Below, piece by piece: positions 56,056-64,000 of a stretch of DNA of 64,000 bases. The position numbers and the translations under genes were made by a program. Location of the stretch: contig NC_087252.1 of NCBI RefSeq assembly GCF_037042905.1, forward strand, positions 18,974,001-19,038,000, given 5' to 3'. The DNA comes from Lytechinus pictus (Eukaryota). The notes under the pieces are model-generated. The model did no database searches. It was not told the DNA's origin and was given only the letters and a program-made list of their open reading frames with translations. The stretch's first letter is position 1; each line of letters starts with the position of its first letter.

Positions 56056-56451
56056 CTGGCCTTCCAGTTGCAACGCATTTCAACCAACCTGGACATTTCA
56101 TCAACGATCTACAGGTATGCGTTGCCATCCCTTGCGACCGTGAGACGGATCGCAAACTCAAAGAAGAGAAGCTGATCTACAGTCTCGGGACCCTCGCACC
56201 CCACGGAATGAATGTGTCTTTCCGCGCCTTCCCAATGCCTGAGACCAAGTGAACTTTTCTTTCTTTACCGATGGATGGATAGACTCTTTTGCCGTTTTTA
56301 CTCTATGTCATAATAGTTGCCTTGACTTTACTCATTACGTCACAATATCATCTAACAATGCACCTGTCGCGTTAGTTATGTTGTTGCACATTAATTTTAT
56401 TGCGCGTTGGTATCATCACCAAATGATGCAACCTGTTTTGGATTTAATAAA

Positions 56452-56490
56452 TTCATCGCTGAAGAAGGTCTATGACCGAAAATTTGGAAG
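56452..56490 (+). ncRNA. Minimal hammerhead ribozyme motif in the Penelope 3' region
   Basis: CTGAAGA (56459-56465), GGTC-TAT-GACC stem II, then GAAAATTT; stem I is weak. PLE pseudo-LTRs are known to carry such motifs. Confidence 0.6.
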
Positions 56491-56564
56491 ATTATGTCTC
56501 CTCACGGCGTTTCTATTAAGTTTTTTTTTGTTTCTACATTATGACGCCGACGCAGAACTCTTTG

Positions 56565-56619
<55 letters not shown>

Positions 56620-56674
56620 AGGGTGTGTGTGTGTGTGTGTCCCCCCTACCTTCGAGGAGAGATTTCCGCCCATG

Positions 56675-59154
56675 GTTATGGGAGAGACCTCATCCTATTT
56701 GACCTTTGACCCATGCCCTTTGACCCATGCCCTTTGACCCATGCCCTTTGACCGCATGACCTTTGACACATGACCTTTGACCAAATGACCTTTAGTCGGT
56801 CAGCCATGACCTTTAGTCCGGTCAGCCTTTGACCTTTACCCCGGTCAGCCTTTGACCACACGACCCGATGGGTTGACCCAGACTTCCGGCCAGCCATGAA
56901 ATGGTATGACGACACAGTTATGCAACCACCGTGATGTCATAGAATTACCCTTATTGCACCATCGATATTGCACCACCGTTGCGTCATCGCCACGTATTGG
57001 TGACTTTCGGTCGACCTTATCACACGAGGCAGCGACGTTGCACGGGTATTTTTAGCATATGATACGATGCACAAAAATACATCTTTGCAGTTTCCTATTT
57101 AAAAAGTTATCTTTTTCCGCCTACCGGTAGATATGTCAAGTGCCTCGCATGACGTCACCATGAAATGGTGTTAGCGACGCAACCACCGTGATGTCATCCC
57201 AGGGAATTACCCTTATCGCACCGTATCGGTATTGCACCACCGTGGCGCAATCGCCACGTATAGGATACGATGCACAAAAAAGACGTATGATTTCTGCACA
57301 GTTTCCTATTGGAAAAGTTATCTTTCTCTGCCTACCAGCAGATATGTCAAGTGCCTAGCGGTTTACGAATCGATCACCCCATGCACGGCCAACGCGCGTC
57401 ATTGAACTTGGGATATCCTATTCAAGGTGAAAGCCGACTCTCTCTGCCTCTTATTACAACAATTATTGGTAATCCAACGTGTGATTATAATCATGATATC
57501 TCAGGCTCTACTAATTCCAGACTTTTCCCCATCAAAACTCTCTGACTTTTTCATACTGTTTTGTTCATACTTTTCATTTAACTCACATGGCCTGCCCGGC
57601 TCTCTGACTCGCAAAAAGTATACTATATTGAAACCGGTAGATGACTCCTTTAAATCAACTTCATTCATCCGCAGTACAGATGGTGATAACATGAAACACT
57701 ATATAGTCAAGGATGATTCTTTATTATTATCATCATTTATTCTATTCCATTTCAATGTAGATAGGTTCAGATATTGTATAAACAGCAGATTTTGATACAA
57801 ATGTAAATAATGTAAGTTATGTTCTCAAATTATGTTGTAATAACAAACTAATTGTTAACTGTTCATTGTTAATATTAAAGCGAAGTTCTCGTTTTTCTAC
57901 TTCTTCGCTTAACTTAATGGATTGTAACACATGTATATGGATGGCATTCAGATAATATTAACACAATGAAGTTCAAACTGTCATTTATGTTGACGGCGTT
58001 TTCTTGGATGATTATCATTTGACAAGCATGATGTTTGTGCCTTTAGTTGTAGGCTCCATCTTCGACCTCCGTTTCTTCTCCACCATCATCATTATCGTCA
58101 TCGTCACCTTGATACTGGAATAAACCATCGAATCGTGAACCATGCCTGGCTAACACCCTCTGTACGGCTTTCCGGAATTCCATGCCATTCTCTAATCTTT
58201 CCGTGAGATCGGACACGATTTCGTGATTGATGTCAGCGTCTTCGAGGTACATTTTCTGCTGCAAGAACTGAGAGTAAAGATCGAAAAAGATGCGTTTGAC
58301 TGCCCACAGTAGTTTCACGTGAGCCTTTGCTTTAGCGTCTTCTTCTTCCATTCCTTCTGAGATGTATTTCTGATATTTTTCGTCTCTCAAGTCCTCGGTG
58401 GCCGTCATGGCTTGGTCTAACCATCCTCGATAAGCGAGGTTGTCTTCAGTTTCTTCCATGTTTGCTGTCATTGACGATTCGTGTCCATCGCTTTCTGATA
58501 CGCTCGTTCCGGAATCATCGTTGGATTCTTCAACTCTTTGCATTTGAGAGGATGGGTCGGAGTCTTCATCTTCACTCGTTTCTTCTCCAGTATCATGCTC
58601 GTTTTGTTCATGCCTCTGCATATCATACTTCCTACTAAAGGTTTTATCGCATCGTGAACAAGCGTAGCGGTTGGACATATCCAACGTATTCATGTTGACT
58701 CGATGATTATTTGTTGGGAAATGAAGAAAATTAACGTTCAACCTTGTAATAATACGTAATCATGAAACGCGCGCGAAGGTACTTCGATTACTCACAATTC
58801 TTACGGATTTTTACGGATTCTTACAGATTTTTGCGGATTCTTACGGATTTTTACAGATTATAGCTTACGGATTCTTACGGATTTTTACGGAATTTTACGG
58901 ATTCTTACGGATTCTTACGGATTTTTACGGATTCTTACGGATTTTTGCGGATTCTTACGGATTTTTACGGATTCTTACGGATTCTTACGGATTTTTACTG
59001 ATTCTTACGGATTTTTGCGGATTCTTACGGATTTTTACGGATTCTTACGGATTTTTACGGATTCTTACGGATTTTTACGGATTCTTACGGATTTTTACGG
59101 ATTCTTACGGATTCTTACGGATTTTTGCGGATTCTTACGGATTCTTGCGGATTC
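56675..59154 (-). repeat. Left arm of the ~5.2-kb palindrome
   Basis: Near-identical reverse complement of 59235-61869; contains short terminal tandem repeats (CCATGCCCTTTGAC) and a ~200-bp internal direct repeat. Confidence 0.97.
58043..58693 (-). CDS. C2H2 zinc-finger / acidic / helical-domain protein, 216 aa from first ATG (left copy)
   Basis: Intronless ORF with CSRCDKTFSRKYDMQRHEQNEH, an acidic linker, a predicted helical region and an acidic tail. Confidence 0.8.
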   Translation of the reverse strand: MNTLDMSNRYACSRCDKTFSRKYDMQRHEQNEHDTGEETSEDEDSDPSSQMQRVEESNDDSGTSVSESDGHESSMTANMEETEDNLAYRGWLDQAMTATEDLRDEKYQKYISEGMEEEDAKAKAHVKLLWAVKRIFFDLYSQFLQQKMYLEDADINHEIVSDLTERLENGMEFRKAVQRVLARHGSRFDGLFQYQGDDDDNDDGGEETEVEDGAYN

Positions 59155-59715
59155 CCATGCTGCATTGGTCATTCCAACGTGGATGAACATATTTTCCTTG
59201 AGATTATATGAAAATTTTTATGAAAGCATTAATTAATCCATAAAAATCCGTAAGCTATAATCCGTAAGAATCCGTAAAAATCCGTAAGAATCCGTAAAAA
59301 TCCGTATGAATCCGCAAAAATCCGTAAGAATCCGTAAGAATCCGTAAAAATCCGTAAGAATCCGTAAAAATCCGTAAGAATCCGTGAAAATCCGTAAGAA
59401 TCCGTAAGAATCCGTAAGAATCCGCAGAAATCCGTAAGAATCCGTAAGAATCCGTAAAAATCCGTAAGAATCCGTAAAAATCCGTAAGAATCCGCAAAAA
59501 TCCGTAAGAATCCGTAAAAATCCGTAAGAATCCGTAAGAATCCGCGAAAATCCGTAAAAATCCGTAAAAATCCGTAAGAATCCGTAAAAATCCGTAAAAA
59601 TCCGTAAAAATCCGTAAGAATCCGTAAAAATCCGTAAGCTATAATCCGTAAAAATCCATAAGAATCCGCAAAAATCCGTAAGGATCCGTAAGAATCCGTA
59701 AAAATCCGTAAGAAT
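58797..59715. repeat. Two inverted 10-bp satellite arrays (ACGGATTCTT/ACGGATTTTT)n around an ~80-bp unique spacer (59155-59234)
   Basis: Directly visible; forms the centre of the palindrome. Confidence 0.95.
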
Positions 59716-61873
59716 TGTGAGTAATCGAAGTACCTTCGCGCGCGTTTCATGATTACGTATTATTACAAGGTTGAACGTTAATTTTCTTCATTTCCCAACA
59801 AATAATCATCGAGTCAACATGAATACGTTGGATATGTCCAACCGCTACGCTTGTTCACGATGCGATAAAACCTTTAGTAGGAAGTATGATATGCAGAGGC
59901 ATGAACAAAACGAGCATGATACTGGAGAAGAAACGAGTGAAGATGAAGACTCCGACCCATCCTCTCAAATGCAAAGAGTTGAAGAATCCAACGATGATTC
60001 CGGAACGAGCGTATCAGAAAGCGATGGACACGAATCGTCAATGACAGCAAACATGGAAGAAACTGAAGACAACCTCGCTTATCGAGGATGGTTAGACCAA
60101 GCCATGACGGCCACCGAGGACTTGAGAGACGAAAAATATCAGAAATACATCTCAGAAGGAATGGAAGAAGAAGACGCTAAAGCAAAGGCTCACGTGAAAC
60201 TACTGTGGGCAGTCAAACACATCTTTTTCGATCTTTACTCTCAGTTCTTGCAGCAGAACGTGTACCTCGAAGACGCTGACATCAATCACGAAATCGTGTC
60301 CGATCTCACGGAAAGATTAGAGAATGGCATGGAATTCCGGAAAGCCGTACAGAGGGTGTTAGCAAGGCATGGTTCACGATTCGATGGTTTATTCCAGTAT
60401 CAAGGTGACGATGACGATAATGATGATGGTGGAGAAGAAACGGAGGTCGAAGATGGAGCCTACAACTAAAGGCACACACATCATGCTTGTCAAATGATAA
60501 TCATCCAAGAAAACGCCGTCAACATAAATGACAGTTTGAACTTCATTGTGTTCATATTTTCTGAATGCCATCCACATACATGTGTTACAATCCATTAAGT
60601 TAAGCGAAGAAATAGAAAAACGAGAACTTCGCTTTAATATTAACAATGAACAGTTAACAATTAGTTTGTTATTACAACATTATTTGAGAACATAACTTAC
60701 ATTATTTACATTTGTATCAAAATCTGCTGTTTATACAATATCTGAACCTATCTACATTGAAATGGAATAGAATAAATGATGATAATAATAAAGAATCATC
60801 CTTGACTATATAGTGTTTCATGTTATCACCATCTGTACTGCGGATGAATGAAGTTGATTTAAAGGAGTCATCTACCGGTTTCAATATAGTATACTTTTTG
60901 CGAGTCAGAGAGCCGGGCAGGCCATGTGAGTTAAATGAAAAGTATGAACAAAACAGTATGAAAAAGTCAGAGAGTTTTGATGGGGAAAAGTCTGGAATTA
61001 GTAGAGCCTGAGATATCATGATTATAATCACACGTTGGATTACCAATAATTGTTGTAATAAGAGGCAGAGAGAGTCGGCTTTCACCTTGAATAGGATATC
61101 CCAAGTTCAATGACGCGCGTTGGCCGTGCATGGGGTGATCGATTCGTAAACCGCTAGGCACTTGACATATCTGCTGGTAGGCAGAGAAAGATAACTTTTC
61201 CAATAGGAAACTGTGCAGAAATCGTACGTCTTTTTTGTGCATCGTATCCTATACGTGGCGATTGCGCCACGGTGGTGCAATACCGATACGGTGCGATAAG
61301 GGTAATTCCCTGGGATGACATCACGGTGGTTGCGTCGCTAACACCATTTCATGGTGACGTCATGCGAGGCACTTGACATATCTACCGGTAGGCGGAAAAA
61401 GATAACTTTTTAAATAGGAAACTGCAAAGATGTATTTTTGTGCATCGTATCATATGCTAAAAATACCCGTGCAACGTCGCTGCCTCGTGTGATAAGGTCG
61501 ACCGAAAGTCACCAATACGTGGCGATGACGCAACGGTGGTGCAATATCGATGGTGCAATAAGGGTAATTCTATGACATCACGGTGGTTGCATAACTGTGT
61601 CGTCATACCATTTCATGGCTGGCCGGAAGTCTGGGTCAACCCATCGGGTCGTGTGGTCAAAGGCTGACCGGGGTAAAGGTCAAAGGCTGACCGGACTAAA
61701 GGTCATGGCTGACCGGGCTAAAGGTCAAAGGCTGACCGGGCTAAAGGTCAAAGGCTGACCGACTAAAGGTCATGTGGTCAAAGGGCATGGGTCAAAGGTC
61801 ATGCGGTCAAAGGGCATGGGTCAAAGGGCATGGGTCAAAGGTCAAATAGGATGAGGTTTCTCCCATAACTACT
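59235..61873 (+). repeat. Right arm of the ~5.2-kb palindrome
   Basis: Reverse complement of the left arm, ending in ...CCCATAACTACT. Confidence 0.97.
59819..60469 (+). CDS. C2H2 zinc-finger / acidic / helical-domain protein (right copy)
   Basis: Same ORF as 58043-58693 with 3 amino-acid differences (R/H, K/N, M/V); AATAAA downstream at 60771. Confidence 0.8.
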   Translation: MNTLDMSNRYACSRCDKTFSRKYDMQRHEQNEHDTGEETSEDEDSDPSSQMQRVEESNDDSGTSVSESDGHESSMTANMEETEDNLAYRGWLDQAMTATEDLRDEKYQKYISEGMEEEDAKAKAHVKLLWAVKHIFFDLYSQFLQQNVYLEDADINHEIVSDLTERLENGMEFRKAVQRVLARHGSRFDGLFQYQGDDDDNDDGGEETEVEDGAYN

Positions 61874-63214
61874 ACCTACTGTCCCGGTTCATCAGTTTTG
61901 GACAAAGACATGTAAGCTGTTTATTTGAGATTTGACGGCATTTTCGATAGATTTACTAGGATGTAGAGTTCATTGCCTGCCTTATCGTCGTACTAAGTGT
62001 ATGTATAATCTTAACAGTTAATTATAACTTAAAATTTCCCTAGAACCTCGGATTTTCGAATACAATTCTGTTTCTCTTCAGTGAAATATGCATGTCCTCT
62101 CTTGCATTAGATCACATCTCAGTCAGAAAGATAAAAAACAATCCGAGAGCTTTCAATAACTCCTCCAGTTATCAAGAGCAAATGTTGATCTTGACCTATG
62201 TGGTTATTAGCATAGATCTTTATTTCGGAAACTAAAAGTACCGCATTATGATCATAAAAAAAACAATGGCGTTTCAATTCAAATTGGGGGAGTAAATTGA
62301 CAGCTAGTTGCGTCCCCTGACCCCCCCCCCCCCTCCCGACTATCTGATACAACATTAAAGGGAAATTATTATATGTGGCATATATGAAATACAATTCACT
62401 CTACTGTTATGTTTGAGAATTTCAACAGTGTGAATCCATTTTCACACAGTGTGGGTACACTGTGGATATCCACAATGTCGAGGTGCAACAATGTGACATC
62501 ACCTTCACACTGTTAAAATTTGAACATTTTGATAGAATGAATAATATTTTTCACATAGTACATTATGTGAACACACTGTAATCACACTGTGAGACACTAT
62601 GTTCTTTTCAGCAGGGCAATTTCGGGGACATTCCTGTCTTCGGTTGAGAATATTTATTTTTGCCATCGATCGATAGGCTTCGGTCATTTTAATGTGAATT
62701 CCGCTCATTTTATTATCCTATTTTGGCTAAACCGATCCTAGATAGCATGATAAACCATCCTAGAGTCCAACCTTTCCCAGTTCCAGAGACCAAATATTTA
62801 TCATTCATGACCCTTTCGGTTTAACATCATCTTTATTTTGGAAACTCAAAGTAGTGCATTAGGACCGTTAAACGTTGGCCGTAGAATTCCATTTTTTTTT
62901 TTTTTTTTGGGGGGGGTGGGGTGATAGCCGGAGCATCTTGACGTCCGTCTAGATAGTGCTCCGACCCCTTGTCGACTGTCTAATGCAAAATTACTGGAGA
63001 AATACTGTATGTTGCATTTATGTTTTAGTAATCAATTTAGGGGACATTTTCTTTTGATCATTGTTCAGATGTTTTTCTATCGACAGGCTTGTGGTCTTTT
63101 CAATGTACATTCCACTCGTTATTATCTCGTTTTGGCTGTACCTTGGCTTTTGCAAAATCTGTGAAATCAAATCCCAATTATGTATAGATACATATTCTCA
63201 ATTTCTTAAAACAG

Positions 63215-63577
63215 CACAGCCAATGACACCATTTCCAGCTATTCAGGGATGTTCCGCAACCACGGATCACGGCAACTGTATCTTAACTGTAGATTCAACA
63301 GAAGAAATAACATGCAATGCAAATAGATATTATCCAGACATCGATCTGTACTTCCAGCTGGGATCAGAGAACGTCGCAATCCCCGTCACACATATCTGGA
63401 ACAATACCGACGGTACGAGAAACAAAAGTGTGACAATCGTCGGACATATAAGTAATGAAGTTTATATCTGCGTCGCTACTGAGATTCCTGGAGTGAATGG
63501 TAACAGATCAACATCAGTCCGATTGATTGGACAAAATGCATCACTTAATCCAGCGGCATTCATTGTCCCTATTGTCT
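63215..63577 (+). CDS. Ig-superfamily gene, third (C-type) Ig exon running into a probable transmembrane segment
   Basis: CAG acceptor and GTAAGT donor, phase 1-1, in frame with the exon ending at 42633. Peptide ITCNANRYYPDIDLYF...NTDGTRN...YICVATEIPG...AAFIVPIV. Confidence 0.8.
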
Positions 63578-63732
63578 GTAAGTATGCAGATAGAAACACA
63601 AAACAAAATCATGTATACATTTACCTGTATGAAAGATACCGAGTGTTATTATTTTGAGCTGAAAAAAATACTACATTATCATTCCTGTGTGGAGACGTGG
63701 GTGTGTGTTTGCATCTACTCGCGTCCACACCC

Positions 63733-63768
<36 letters not shown>

Positions 63769-64000
63769 CCTCTCTCTCTCTGTTAGACTACCTCTGTATC
63801 TATGGATTTTTTATCAAGGGGGGGGGGTCCAGCTAAATAAATAGTTGACAAGCCAAAAAAAGGTATTCACCCAAAATTTGGAAAGGTTTCGTATGCCCCA
63901 AAAATGACAAGCAAAAAAAGGCTTTCCTTAATTTGCAGGTCGTTTTGTACCTAAAATTAATGTGACAAAAAAAAAAAAAATTAAAAGATGGTCGAATTTT

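Larger units (their letters stand above)
53738..56566 (+). mobile_element. Penelope-like retroelement (RT plus GIY-YIG, Neptune-like Cys linker), inactivated, inserted in (TA)n
   Basis: Motifs KPADKG, FYLLPKIHK, GVAMGTKMGPSYA, RYIDD, CGRPRCNTC and VVYAIRC..C..LYIGET. Frameshift at ~54605, stop at 55199-55201, MITE at 55911. The frame resumes to TGA at 56250-56252. Confidence 0.92.
43082..56674 (+). mobile_element. hAT-like composite element, 13.6 kb
   Basis: Perfect 14-bp TIR CATGGGCGGAAATC / GATTTCCGCCCATG and perfect 8-bp TSD GTTATGGG (43074-43081, 56675-56682). Confidence 0.9.
43070..61873. mobile_element. Palindromic non-autonomous Polinton/Maverick-like element (tip 43070-43081 plus body 56683-61873), split by a nested insertion
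   Basis: Left end AGTAGTTATGGG (43070-43081) continues as AGAGACCTCATCC at 56683. Right end GGATGAGGTTTCTCCCATAACTACT ends at 61873. Flanks AACTAC (43064-43069) and ACCTAC (61874-61879) form a 5/6 TSD. Confidence 0.8.

Noticed and set aside
57309..57795. Additional short ORFs in the palindrome arms (mirrored at 60717-61242)
   Set aside because: They are short, overlap on both strands and have no motif; their presence in both arms only reflects the duplication.
59015..59750. ORFs with LRILTDFYGF repeats (59015-59236 +, 59229-59750 -, 59255-59497 -)
   Set aside because: Translations of the 10-bp satellite; no evidence of coding function.
56675..61873. Palindrome as a pure assembly artefact
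   Set aside because: The arms differ by substitutions and repeat counts, there is a unique spacer, and element-type termini with TSDs bound it. Read-level confirmation is still advisable.

Overview
AT-rich, repeat-dense, intron-containing eukaryotic DNA. The repeat style and gene types suggest a marine deuterostome such as a sea urchin; this is inference only. Two host loci are visible. One is a + strand gene with several death-domain-like exons (about 11.1-21.7 kb) that appears to be broken by an 8.1-kb inversion. The other is a + strand gene for an Ig-superfamily surface protein (signal exon at 40016, Ig exons at 41.7, 42.3 and 63.2 kb) that continues past the window. The most striking structure is in intron 3 of the Ig gene: a ~5.2-kb, almost fully palindromic element with Polinton/Maverick-type AGTAGT...ACTACT termini and a near-perfect 6-bp TSD. 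Each ~2.5-kb arm carries an intact C2H2 zinc-finger ORF, the two arms meet head-to-head at a 10-bp satellite, and no polymerase, integrase or capsid gene is present. Its left tip (43070-43081) has been separated from the body (56675-61873) by a 13.6-kb hAT-like composite. That composite contains an Academ-like foldback, LINE fragments, MITEs and a Penelope-like element with a hammerhead-type motif. Also present are a 9.6-kb foldback with a stuttered left terminus (907-10554), a fully paired tRNA-like gene with a TCA anticodon inside a direct-repeat cassette, an orphan hammerhead-like insert, and several MITEs and satellites. All calls come from reading the sequence by eye; no searches were run.
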